From NCBI GenBank assembly GCA_963840885.1, contig CAWJAN010000003.1, forward strand, positions 1 through 50,340: a DNA stretch of 50,340 nucleotides, given 5' to 3'. Position 1 is the stretch's first letter, and every line of letters begins with the position of its first letter. The notes under the pieces were generated by a model. That model did not search any database. It saw nothing but the letters and a program-made list of their open reading frames with translations, and was not told the origin of the DNA. This document shows, in pieces, positions 12,318 to 20,348 of this stretch. The translations under genes were made by a program, and so were the position numbers. This stretch comes from an uncultured bacterium. GTDB lineage: Bacteria > Patescibacteriota > Minisyncoccia > Phycocordibacterales > GWA1-40-21.

Positions 12318-13529
12318 ATGATTCCACTGAAAAATATATATTTGAAATACTCCCGCAAAAAACAATTCCGCATCGCCAAGGATATTTTTGAAAAGTGCAT
12401 TATACCCCTTACGCTATTTATTTTGTGGATCGTACTATCACTTTTTTTTAATTCTGAAGTTGGATTTTCTGTTCTCACGTATAACCAAGGAAACTCCGAT
12501 TATGTGCAAATGCACACGGCAGAATTACTGGCGCATGAAAAAGTACATGGCCAGTTCGTCGCGGTGGAGAATAACGCGGGGATCGTTGCTGTTCGTTTTA
12601 ATACCTATATTAGAATCAATAGTGATAGGCTTATTTTCCGCATTAAAGAAAGAGGAGCACATTCATGGTACTATGTGAATTCGTATAAGGTAGATCAATT
12701 TCAACCAAGTCAATTGTTCACGTTCGGGTTCCCTCTTATAAAAAATTCAAAAGGAAAAACATACCAATTTGAAATAGAGTCTACGAAGGGAACACCGGGT
12801 GATGCGGTTGCCATAAGTCCTATTCAGCCGGTTTTTGTAGTTAAGTATCAGTTTCCCCGAACCGAGTTGTTCCACAATAAACAAATTTTAACATACTTTT
12901 TATATAAGAAGCTCTTGAATTCATTTAGTAATATTATTTTTCTTCTTTATTCCATTTCATATTTGGTACCTTTACTATTTTATTTATTAATGAAGCTTTC
13001 TTATAAAAAATATGTTATAGCCAGTTATCTATTTTCTGTTCCATTCCTCCTTTTTATCTCGAGGGCAATCGTTGTCGACAGGAAATTGCCTATAGTCAGT
13101 AATCTACTTTTTATAGGAGTTTTTGTTTTAGTCGTATTTAATATCGTTCCATTGCTGCTCACCAAAGAGAAAAAATATGTAATCTCGCGATATATGATTT
13201 CTTTCATACTCCTATTTTGTCTGCTTTTTAACATCTTCATTCTGCCCGATCCTAACGTCTTGCTATATGTATTATTCTATCTTTACTGGCTTATCCTTAT
13301 ATTAGTAACACGCTTTGACGAAACCGTTACCTTATCTGCCGCGTTGCTATTTTTAGCTACATGCCCGTTCTTTCTTATCTTCAACATGCGGCTTAATGCA
13401 GAAAAGTCCGGAGGTTTAGCATACTTGCTTCTCATAATCGGAATTATTCAGATTTTTTACGATAACGCCTTTCATCCTAAAAACATGATACGCTATAAAT
13501 CAATTCTTCCCATCCTTCGTAGAATATGA
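12318..13529 (+). CDS. polytopic membrane protein, unknown function
   Basis: Intact 403-aa ORF with an N-terminal TM helix, a soluble segment, then many hydrophobic helices. Confidence 0.55.
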   Translation: MIPLKNIYLKYSRKKQFRIAKDIFEKCIIPLTLFILWIVLSLFFNSEVGFSVLTYNQGNSDYVQMHTAELLAHEKVHGQFVAVENNAGIVAVRFNTYIRINSDRLIFRIKERGAHSWYYVNSYKVDQFQPSQLFTFGFPLIKNSKGKTYQFEIESTKGTPGDAVAISPIQPVFVVKYQFPRTELFHNKQILTYFLYKKLLNSFSNIIFLLYSISYLVPLLFYLLMKLSYKKYVIASYLFSVPFLLFISRAIVVDRKLPIVSNLLFIGVFVLVVFNIVPLLLTKEKKYVISRYMISFILLFCLLFNIFILPDPNVLLYVLFYLYWLILILVTRFDETVTLSAALLFLATCPFFLIFNMRLNAEKSGGLAYLLLIIGIIQIFYDNAFHPKNMIRYKSILPILRRI

Positions 13530-14722
13530 CAAAAATCAAATACATACCCATCGTGTCCGCGGTAATGGTCGTTCTGTTCATATATAAACAATGGTTTCTT
13601 CCATCTCTTTTAAGTGGCGGGGATGCGACATATGTATATCGTATGGCATACAGTGATTTTTCTCTTTTCCCGCTTGCATGGCAGGAAGGGGTCAATAACG
13701 GATATGGAGGGTATGCGGTGCCATTTTTGACATCATTTCCGATGGACATACCGATCGTGCTATTTGGAAAGTATTTGCATTTTTCCTGGGATGTGATTCA
13801 GCGAATGCGACTGTTTTACCCATTCATTATTCTGGGGATTTCATCGTCCCTGATAGTTTTTAGAAAACTTTTTCCGAAAAATGATTTTTATTTTCTTACT
13901 CCAATTTTATTTTTATGCAATACATATATACTCATGCTTGTTGGCGGAGGGCAGTTGCTTCTTGGACTAGCGTATGCTTGTATCCCCGTCTTATTTTTTT
14001 TGGCATACATGATAACCATTCAAAAGAAAAGTTTCATGTATTTAATTGTCCTCGAAGGTATCTTCTTCGCTCTGCAGATGGTATTTGATCTGCGTATTAC
14101 ATACATAACATTTGGACTCGTGATATTTTTCTGGATTTTTCATAATCTAATCGTACATGAGACCCTATTAATTCGTATTCGTTCGTTCATGAAGGTGATT
14201 ATTGTTCCGGCCTGCATTGTCGGCTTGATTCATGCATATTGGATTATCCCGGCGTTAGTCATTCACCAGAACACATTCGCTCAACTCGGCAGCGCGTACT
14301 CCTCGCAGAGTGCGGTGCAATTTTTTAGTTTTGCCACGTTTGAAAATGCTATTTCTCTTCTGCAGCCAAACTGGCCGAGTAACACTTTCGGAATTACCGG
14401 ATTCATGAGACCTGAATATTTGATCTACCCGTTGATAGGTTTTTCTCCATTACTTTATATTTCCAAGAAGAAAAAAAAAGAATCAGAATTGGTATTATTC
14501 ATGATGATTATCATTCTTCTCGCGTCATTTCTAGCAAAAGGATCAAATGAACCATTTGGGGTCTTGTATCTATGGGCATTTCAGCATGTTCCGGGTTTCA
14601 TCCTATTCAGGGACCCGACCAAATGGTACACACTCATTGCGGTCGGCTATAGTTTTCTTATTCCTTATGCCATAAACGAGATATATAATTTTCTGATGCG
14701 GGAAAAACCTTATGAAAAATAG
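13526..14722 (+). CDS. polytopic membrane protein (GT-C-like candidate)
   Basis: Intact 398-aa ORF, highly hydrophobic, start overlaps the previous stop. Confidence 0.55.
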   Translation: MTKIKYIPIVSAVMVVLFIYKQWFLPSLLSGGDATYVYRMAYSDFSLFPLAWQEGVNNGYGGYAVPFLTSFPMDIPIVLFGKYLHFSWDVIQRMRLFYPFIILGISSSLIVFRKLFPKNDFYFLTPILFLCNTYILMLVGGGQLLLGLAYACIPVLFFLAYMITIQKKSFMYLIVLEGIFFALQMVFDLRITYITFGLVIFFWIFHNLIVHETLLIRIRSFMKVIIVPACIVGLIHAYWIIPALVIHQNTFAQLGSAYSSQSAVQFFSFATFENAISLLQPNWPSNTFGITGFMRPEYLIYPLIGFSPLLYISKKKKKESELVLFMMIIILLASFLAKGSNEPFGVLYLWAFQHVPGFILFRDPTKWYTLIAVGYSFLIPYAINEIYNFLMREKPYEK

Positions 14723-15554
14723 TAACATTGCTCTTGCCGCGGTTTGTGCTCTTATCTTACTGTTGTGTTTTAGCGTCCGTGATGCTTTTTTGGGAAACCT
14801 TAAGCAAACATTTTCTCATCACACCCTCCCGGGAGATTACATGAAGCTATCAGAATTTCTGAATACAAACGATTTTTCCAGGGGCTTATGGGTGCCCGCC
14901 ATTCAGCGATATGGGTTTCATAGTACTATGCATCCGAGCGTGAACGCGAATGATCTCTTTTCCGCATATGATATGAAGTCGCTTGATAAGCAATTACCAA
15001 CATCTGTCGCCGAGCGATTGATTCGTGACAGTTCCATTTCGTATATTGTTATCCCGGATGATACAGAAGGTGAGTTGTTTGTTCAGAACAGAAAATATGA
15101 CGATTCGCAGTATAGAGAAGCAATCGGAACACTCGATAGCATCTCCTGGCTACATAGGAAGATTACTTTTGGAAAAATCATGGTGTATGAGGTAGCGCAG
15201 CCCTCCTCCCATTTTTCTTTTGCATCGCCGTCAGCCGCAACAGTACAAGCAAAGATGATAAACCCAACTGAATATGTTCTTAACGTCCACAATGTACAAA
15301 AAGGTGATCAGCTCATCTTTAGGGAGATATATGACACCCATTGGCAAATGAGTGACAATGGTAATTTGATTAATGCAGGCCTATATGATAAGCTATTTAT
15401 GACTTTTATACTTCCAAGAAGCGGGTCGTATTCAGTTCCGTTGAAATACGAGCCGCAACAACTTTTGAATAGAAGTATGCTTATTAGTATATCTGCATTA
15501 GTATCTGCATTTGCGTTACTAGTTCTTTGTTACATCTGGAAAAAAGAAATATGA
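14712..15554 (+). CDS. hypothetical membrane-anchored extracytoplasmic protein
   Basis: Intact 280-aa ORF with N- and C-terminal TM segments. It overlaps its neighbours on both sides, as in an operon. Confidence 0.5.
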   Translation: MKNSNIALAAVCALILLLCFSVRDAFLGNLKQTFSHHTLPGDYMKLSEFLNTNDFSRGLWVPAIQRYGFHSTMHPSVNANDLFSAYDMKSLDKQLPTSVAERLIRDSSISYIVIPDDTEGELFVQNRKYDDSQYREAIGTLDSISWLHRKITFGKIMVYEVAQPSSHFSFASPSAATVQAKMINPTEYVLNVHNVQKGDQLIFREIYDTHWQMSDNGNLINAGLYDKLFMTFILPRSGSYSVPLKYEPQQLLNRSMLISISALVSAFALLVLCYIWKKEI

Positions 15555-16522
15555 TTAGTTTTATTATTCCACTTTTGAACGAAGAAGAAAATATTCCGCT
15601 CTTGTATAGCCGTCTACTAAAGGTGCTTCCTTCTTTGGATAAAACGCATGAACTTATCTTTATTGATGATGGTTCGCGTGACGGGTCTTTGGCAGTTTTA
15701 AAGAAACTGGGGGATAAAGATCGCACAATCCGCATTTTTTCCTTTAGACGAAATAGAGGGAAAGCTGAAGCGTTGACACTTGGCTTTCAAATGGCGAAAG
15801 GTAATATTATTGTAACCATGGATGCCGATCTTCAGGATATGCCCGAAGAAGTTGGGAAGCTGTTGAAAAAGCAGAAAGAAGGATATGATGTAGTTTCCGG
15901 ATGGAAGAAAGAACGGCACGATCCGATATATAAGACGATTGCCTCACGTGTCTTCAATCGAATCGTCGGGATTATGTTCGGCTTACGGCTTCATGACTAT
16001 AACTGCGGTCTAAAAGTGTATACGAAGGATGCGGCAAAGAGCTTGCGATTGTATGGGGGAATGTATCGATTTATTCCTCTTATGGCATATGAGCAGGGTT
16101 TCTCAGTAACCGAAGTTCCGGTTGAACATGCGAAGCGGCTTTATGGGAAGTCAAAATATGGATTTTCGAAGCTCTGGAAGGATCTTCCTGATCTCTTTAC
16201 TATGTTATTTTTGACTCGCTATGGAAAGAGGCCACTTCATTTCTTCGGGACTATAGGAAGTATTGCATTTGTAATTGGGATAAGTTTATTGCTCTATCTG
16301 ATGATATTGCAAACCTTTTATCATCAGGCTATCGGGAGACGCCCGCTTCTTTTCGGAAGTATTCTCCTCATCCTCAGCGGTCTCCAAATCGCATTTACCG
16401 GTTTTCTCGCGGATTTGATCATTAATGTTTTTCATAACCCACAACTGGAACGGGATCGTCTTCATTTTTATTTGAAATATGATAGTGATAAGGACGGCAG
16501 CGACGAGATTGTGGTGAAATGA
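15551..16522 (+). CDS. GT2 polyprenyl-phosphate glycosyltransferase (GtrB/ArnC/DPM1-like) with C-terminal TM helices
   Basis: MISFIIPLLNEEENIP, FIDDGSRDGS, TMDADLQD, YRFIP, two C-terminal TM helices. ATG 15551 overlaps the stop at 15552-15554. Confidence 0.85.
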   Translation: MISFIIPLLNEEENIPLLYSRLLKVLPSLDKTHELIFIDDGSRDGSLAVLKKLGDKDRTIRIFSFRRNRGKAEALTLGFQMAKGNIIVTMDADLQDMPEEVGKLLKKQKEGYDVVSGWKKERHDPIYKTIASRVFNRIVGIMFGLRLHDYNCGLKVYTKDAAKSLRLYGGMYRFIPLMAYEQGFSVTEVPVEHAKRLYGKSKYGFSKLWKDLPDLFTMLFLTRYGKRPLHFFGTIGSIAFVIGISLLLYLMILQTFYHQAIGRRPLLFGSILLILSGLQIAFTGFLADLIINVFHNPQLERDRLHFYLKYDSDKDGSDEIVVK

Positions 16523-16547
16523 GTATTAAGTATATAGTATTTAGTAT
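16522..16547 (+). repeat. AGTATWW heptamer array (26-mer AGTATTAAGTATATAGTATTTAGTAT)
   Basis: AGTAT recurs at a 7-nt period. The 26-mer is identical at 19801-19826 and near-identical at 17504-17536. The array starts on the last base of the stop codon. Confidence 0.9.
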
Positions 16548-16561
16548 AACAACTCTCTAGG

Positions 16562-16711
16562 TTTGTCATCCTGGCGCAGTCCAGGATCTCGGGGAACAGC
16601 AATGGACATTTTTAACCCTAAGGCTTGCAAGTCAAATGTACTTTAGGACTATCTGGTTAAAATAAAATACTGTTTGATTGACGAGATTCCGGACTTCGCC
16701 GGAATGACAAA
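16562..16711. mobile_element. 150-bp MITE-like element with 29-bp hairpin-bearing terminal inverted repeats (GTCAT...AATCTC family)
   Basis: Left end TTTGTCATCCTGGCGCAGTCCAGGATCTC. The reverse complement of the right end is TTTGTCATTCCGGCGAAGTCCGGAATCTC (24/29 identical). The mismatches at stem positions are compensatory. There is no ORF inside. Confidence 0.75.
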
Positions 16712-16722
16712 TAGCAACTAAC

Positions 16723-16935
16723 ATGAAAATTCAAGATATATTATTTTTCGCCATACTTTTATTCCTTCTTTTTAAACGAAAGAGTCAGTGGTTTGTTATT
16801 GGGGGGTTGGTTTGCCTGGCTGCATCAATTCCTCTCTTTGCTTTGAGGGTCTTCTTTACTGCTCAGCATTTGGTTTGGTATGCTGCCGGTTTCTTATTGG
16901 TTGCAATTGTTCTAAAATATAGAGAACTAGCATGA
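16723..16935 (+). CDS. small two-TM membrane protein
   Basis: 70-aa ORF, two hydrophobic helices, stop overlaps the next start (ATGA). Confidence 0.5.
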   Translation: MKIQDILFFAILLFLLFKRKSQWFVIGGLVCLAASIPLFALRVFFTAQHLVWYAAGFLLVAIVLKYRELA

Positions 16936-17501
16936 AAATCGGCATTGATATTTCCCAGATCGCTTATGAAGGAACCGGGGTAGGGAACCTTACCAGAAAA
17001 CTAGTTGAGAACTTAATTCTATTGGATACGGATAACGAATATATTCTCTTTTATTCATCTCTGAGGCGGAATTTCAATTTTCAAATTTCAAATTTCCAAT
17101 TAACACCAAACGCAAAAGTTAAAGAATTCAAGTTTCCACCAATATTCCTCGATTTTCTTTGGAATAAACTACATATTTTTCCTATTGAGTGGTTGATTGG
17201 GAAAGTTGACGTATTCCTCTCATCGGATTGGACTCAGCCCCCTACAAAGGCGAAAAAGGCTACAATTCTCTATGACCTCATTGTATATAAATATCCGAAG
17301 GAAACTCACGACCAGTTTAAGTTTGACTTTAAACGGCTTCGTATTATCCCAAATATCGTCGCTTCTCAAAAGAGACGATTGCATTGGGTGAAAAAAGAAT
17401 GTGATACTATTATCTGTATATCAGAAGCAACGAAAAAGGACGCGATGGAGGTTTTAGGAATATCGGAGAATAAGTTGAAGGTGGTTTATCCGGGATTTTA
17501 A
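16932..17501 (+). CDS. glycosyltransferase family 1, N-terminal domain only (truncated or split)
   Basis: MKIGIDISQIAYEGTGVGN ... ISEATKKDAMEVLGISENKLKVVYPGF then stop. The paralogue at 17947 continues past its equivalent VTYPGI into the EX7E domain. That half is missing here, and the heptamer array begins 3 nt after the stop. Confidence 0.75.
   Translation: MKIGIDISQIAYEGTGVGNLTRKLVENLILLDTDNEYILFYSSLRRNFNFQISNFQLTPNAKVKEFKFPPIFLDFLWNKLHIFPIEWLIGKVDVFLSSDWTQPPTKAKKATILYDLIVYKYPKETHDQFKFDFKRLRIIPNIVASQKRRLHWVKKECDTIICISEATKKDAMEVLGISENKLKVVYPGF
17070..17104 (+). repeat. AATTTCA heptamer tract (5 units) inside a CDS
   Basis: aatttca attttca aatttca aatttcc aattaac, translated NFNFQISNFQL. 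Confidence 0.9.
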
Positions 17502-17503
17502 AT

Positions 17504-17536
17504 AGTATTAAGTATATAGTATCTAGTATTTAGTAT
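17504..17536 (+). repeat. AGTATWW heptamer array, left arm of the cassette around the four-helix-bundle gene
   Basis: agtatta agtatat agtatct agtattt agtat, directly abutting ATG 17537. Confidence 0.9.
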
Positions 17537-17908
17537 ATGCAGAGAAGAATTAGCTCATTTACTGATTTAGTGTGTTGGCAGGAGGGACATAAACTAGTCT
17601 TGGATGTCTACAAAATAACCACAAATTTTCCTAAAACAGAAATTTATTGCTTAATTGACCAGATGAGGAGATGTGTGATTTCTATAACAAGTAACATAGC
17701 GGAGGGGTTCTCCAGGAGAAGTAAAAAGGAGAAAGACCAATTTTACTATATGGCATTGGGGTCATTAACTGAATTGCAAAATCAATTACTTGTTGCTAGA
17801 GATTTGAAGTATCTAACACCACAAGAGTTCTCTCGAATAGCAAGCCACACCGTACTCGTATCAAAACTCATTAGGGGGCTTTTAAAAAGTTCTGCTAATC
17901 ATTCTTGA
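17537..17908 (+). CDS. four-helix-bundle protein (23S rRNA intervening-sequence protein / Avd family, PF05635/TIGR02436-like)
   Basis: FTDLVCWQEGHKLVLDVYKITTNFPKTEIYCLIDQMRRCVISITSNIAEGFSRRSKKEKDQFYYMALGSLTELQNQL matches the family signature (W-Q, FP..E, Q.RR...SI..NIAEG, GS..EL). Confidence 0.9.
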   Translation: MQRRISSFTDLVCWQEGHKLVLDVYKITTNFPKTEIYCLIDQMRRCVISITSNIAEGFSRRSKKEKDQFYYMALGSLTELQNQLLVARDLKYLTPQEFSRIASHTVLVSKLIRGLLKSSANHS

Positions 17909-17942
17909 TACTAAATACTAAATACTAAATACTTTATACTAT
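17908..17942 (-). repeat. ATACTAA heptamer array, right arm (inverted with respect to 17504-17536)
   Basis: atactaa x3, atacttt, atactat. The reverse complement is AGTATWW units. The array begins on the last base of the TGA stop and ends 4 nt before ATG 17947. Confidence 0.9.
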
Positions 17943-17946
17943 TGTT

Positions 17947-19062
17947 ATGATTATCGGAATAGATGGAAATGAAGCGAATGTGAAACGGAGGGTTGGTATT
18001 AGCGAATATGCGTACCAGCTTCTTTTGCAGTTTGTTAAGATCAGAACGAACGAAAAGTTTGTGATTTATTTGAAAGATCCTCCGTTGGAGGATTTTCCTG
18101 CCGAGACATTTTGGTGGAAGTATCAGATCGTGAAACCGAGGAAGTTATGGACGCAAATTGGATTGCCGTTACAGCTTTTTCTCGAACCCAGAAGACCAAA
18201 CGTATTTTTTACCCCATCTCATTATGCGCCGAGATTTTCTCCTATGCCATGCGCCATCGCGATCATGGATGTCGCGTATTTCCGTTTTCCGGAATATTTC
18301 GATAAAAGAGATTTATACCAACTTACTAAATGGACTGCATACTCGGTAAAAAGAGCAAAGCGCATATTTACCATTAGTCAGGCCACGAAAAATGATATAA
18401 TTGAGCAGTACAAAGTTCCTGAAGAAAGTGTCATCGTAACGTATCCCGGAATAAAAAAGAATTTGGATAAAACACAAGAAACTATGACAGACGTACGAGA
18501 AAAATATAAGATTTCGAAACAATACATTCTCTTTGTGGGAACTCTCCAGCCGAGAAAAAATATCGTCAGGCTCGTTGAGGCATTCGCTAAGATATTGGAG
18601 GATAAACAGCAGGAAGACTTAAATCTGGTCGTCGTCGGTAAAAAGGGATGGCTCTACGAAAAAATTCTTGAATCTCCCGGAAATTTAAAAATACTTGATA
18701 AAGTAAAATTTTTAGATTTCGTCCCCGATGAAGATCTCCCGTCGCTCTATAAGGATGCCTTGTGTTATGTCTTGCCGAGCTTGTATGAAGGATTTGGCTT
18801 ACCTGTCCTGGAAGCGATGAAATATGGATGTCCCGTTATTACGAGTAACGTCAGCAGTCTGCCCGAGGCAGGCGGTGACGCAGCTCTCTATGTCGATCCG
18901 TTGAATACGGATGATATTGCAGAAAAAATTAAAGAAGTTATCGATAGTAAGAAGCTACGTGATGACATGCGTGAAAAAGGATATGCCCATCTGAAAAAAT
19001 TCTCCTGGGAAAAGACTGCGAGAGAAACATTGAGGATTTTGGAAGAGATAGCAGCTAAATAG
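17947..19062 (+). CDS. glycosyltransferase family 1 (GT4), full length
   Basis: Intact 371 aa. ILFVGTLQPRKN and LPSLYEGFGLPVLEAMKYGCPVITS (EX7E region). Confidence 0.9.
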   Translation: MIIGIDGNEANVKRRVGISEYAYQLLLQFVKIRTNEKFVIYLKDPPLEDFPAETFWWKYQIVKPRKLWTQIGLPLQLFLEPRRPNVFFTPSHYAPRFSPMPCAIAIMDVAYFRFPEYFDKRDLYQLTKWTAYSVKRAKRIFTISQATKNDIIEQYKVPEESVIVTYPGIKKNLDKTQETMTDVREKYKISKQYILFVGTLQPRKNIVRLVEAFAKILEDKQQEDLNLVVVGKKGWLYEKILESPGNLKILDKVKFLDFVPDEDLPSLYKDALCYVLPSLYEGFGLPVLEAMKYGCPVITSNVSSLPEAGGDAALYVDPLNTDDIAEKIKEVIDSKKLRDDMREKGYAHLKKFSWEKTARETLRILEEIAAK

Positions 19063-19101
19063 CCTTTCTTGTAGATAATATTTTTATTTGCTTATCACCA
19101 A

Positions 19102-19186
19102 ATTGTTACATTGCTTCATTGTTTCATTGCTATAAAGAGCCATCTAATTGCATTAACAATGGAACAATCGAACAATGAAGCAATCG
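19102..19186. repeat. CATTG/CAATG octamer-periodic palindromic element, copy 1
   Basis: Left arm attgttac attgcttc attgtttc attgctat. Right arm aacaatgg aacaatcg aacaatga agcaatcg. It ends 8 nt before ATG 19194. Confidence 0.9.
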
Positions 19187-19193
19187 TTTATAT

Positions 19194-19787
19194 ATGAAAG
19201 ATAAAACAGGTAAAGTGTTAACTCCTCAGGAAACTGCTCGCAAGATACTCAATAGGATATCTAATATTCTTCTTGAACTCGATATATTCCTGCTTTTTAT
19301 CATCGGATGGGTTCCGATTCATCATGTCCGGCGGTTTTTCTATAGAGTTGCAGGAGTGAAAATTGGTCAGGGCTCGACCATCCATATGGGCACGGTATTT
19401 TATGATCCCAAGAATATTGAAGTTGGAAAGGATACTATCATTGGAGAAAGAGCCGTCTTGGATGGCCGGGCCATGCTTACTATCGGCGATCATGTGGATA
19501 TCGCTTCGGAAGTCATGATCTATAATTCCCAGCATGATGTGAACAGCGAGCATTTTACTGCGATCACAAAACCTGTTATCATTCAAGACTACGTCTTTAT
19601 CGGTCCGAGAGCAATTATTTTACCGGGAGTAACAATAGGGAAAGGCGCGGTAGTCGGTGCGGGAGCTGTTGTAACGAAAGATGTTGCTGATTTTTCAATT
19701 GTAGGTGGAGTGCCGGCGCAAGTCATTGGGGAAAGGAAGAATAAAGAATTGCATTATCGGTTAGGAAGAGCGAGATGGTTCAGGTAG
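19194..19787 (+). CDS. hexapeptide-repeat (LbH) O-acetyltransferase, WbbJ/Maa-like, with N-terminal TM segment
   Basis: IGERAVLDGRAMLTIGDHVDIASEV...IGPRAIILPGVTIGKGAVVGAGAVVTKDV...VGGVPAQVIG. Confidence 0.85.
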   Translation: MKDKTGKVLTPQETARKILNRISNILLELDIFLLFIIGWVPIHHVRRFFYRVAGVKIGQGSTIHMGTVFYDPKNIEVGKDTIIGERAVLDGRAMLTIGDHVDIASEVMIYNSQHDVNSEHFTAITKPVIIQDYVFIGPRAIILPGVTIGKGAVVGAGAVVTKDVADFSIVGGVPAQVIGERKNKELHYRLGRARWFR

Positions 19788-19793
19788 GAAGTA

Positions 19794-19828
19794 GGTATAT
19801 AGTATTAAGTATATAGTATTTAGTATTT
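19794..19828 (+). repeat. AGTATWW heptamer array containing the same 26-mer as 16522-16547
   Basis: ggtatat agtatta agtatat agtattt agtattt. Positions 19801-19826 are identical to 16522-16547. Confidence 0.9.
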
Positions 19829-19925
19829 TTTACATTATGAGCGAATCCCCTCCTCGGAGGGGACTACGAAGTAGAGGGGAGGGTTACGCAGGGTGAAAGA
19901 TCGGTAAACTTTCCATTTAGAAAAT

Positions 19926-20342
19926 ATGAAAACATATGCATTTCGGATACAGCCTGGAAAAGATCTTAAAGTTGAGTTGAAAAAGTTTGCTGAGGAGAAA
20001 AATATAAAAGCAGGGATAATACTTACTGCTGTTGGGTGCTTGACTAGGGCGACTATTCGTATGGCAGGTGCGACATCGAGGAATCAGGAAGTTAAAGTAT
20101 ATAATGAAGACTTTGAAGTAGTTTCGCTCATAGGAACAATGTCTGTGCTCGCGAAAAATGATTCTCATTTACATATCGCGCTTTCAAATAAAACAGGACA
20201 AGTAATCGGAGGACATCTCAAAGACGGTAGTAGAATTGGGGTAACAATGGAAATAGTCATTGGGGAACTTGAGAATGTAGAATTTACAACAGAGCTTGAT
20301 AACGGATCAGGATTTGATCTATTCAAAGTTATTGAAAAGTAA
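19926..20342 (+). CDS. PPC-domain (DUF296) protein
   Basis: AGIILTAVGCLTRATIRM...FEVVSLIGTMS...SHLHIALSNKTGQVIGGHL...TMEIVIGEL fits the PPC/DUF296 pattern. Confidence 0.75.
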   Translation: MKTYAFRIQPGKDLKVELKKFAEEKNIKAGIILTAVGCLTRATIRMAGATSRNQEVKVYNEDFEVVSLIGTMSVLAKNDSHLHIALSNKTGQVIGGHLKDGSRIGVTMEIVIGELENVEFTTELDNGSGFDLFKVIEK

Positions 20343-20348
20343 ATATTT

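Noticed and set aside
12388-12678. 96-aa ORF overlapping the start of the 403-aa membrane protein gene in another + frame
   Set aside because: It is fully nested in a longer intact ORF with coherent TM architecture and has no independent support.
17537-17908. Avd-like gene as part of a complete diversity-generating retroelement
   Set aside because: The six-frame track has no reverse-transcriptase-like ORF. I found no template/variable repeat pair of about 100 nt differing at adenines. Only the accessory-family gene is present here.
16522-19828. Short tandem arrays (AGTATWW and others) considered as a CRISPR array
   Set aside because: Units are 7-8 nt and directly tandem. There are no 25-40 nt repeats, no unique spacers and no cas genes in the window.
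19847-19862. GC-rich hairpin cccctc-ctcg-gagggg after the acetyltransferase gene, considered as an intrinsic terminator
   Set aside because: The stem is only 6 bp and is followed by purine-rich sequence rather than a U tract. It is too weak to call.
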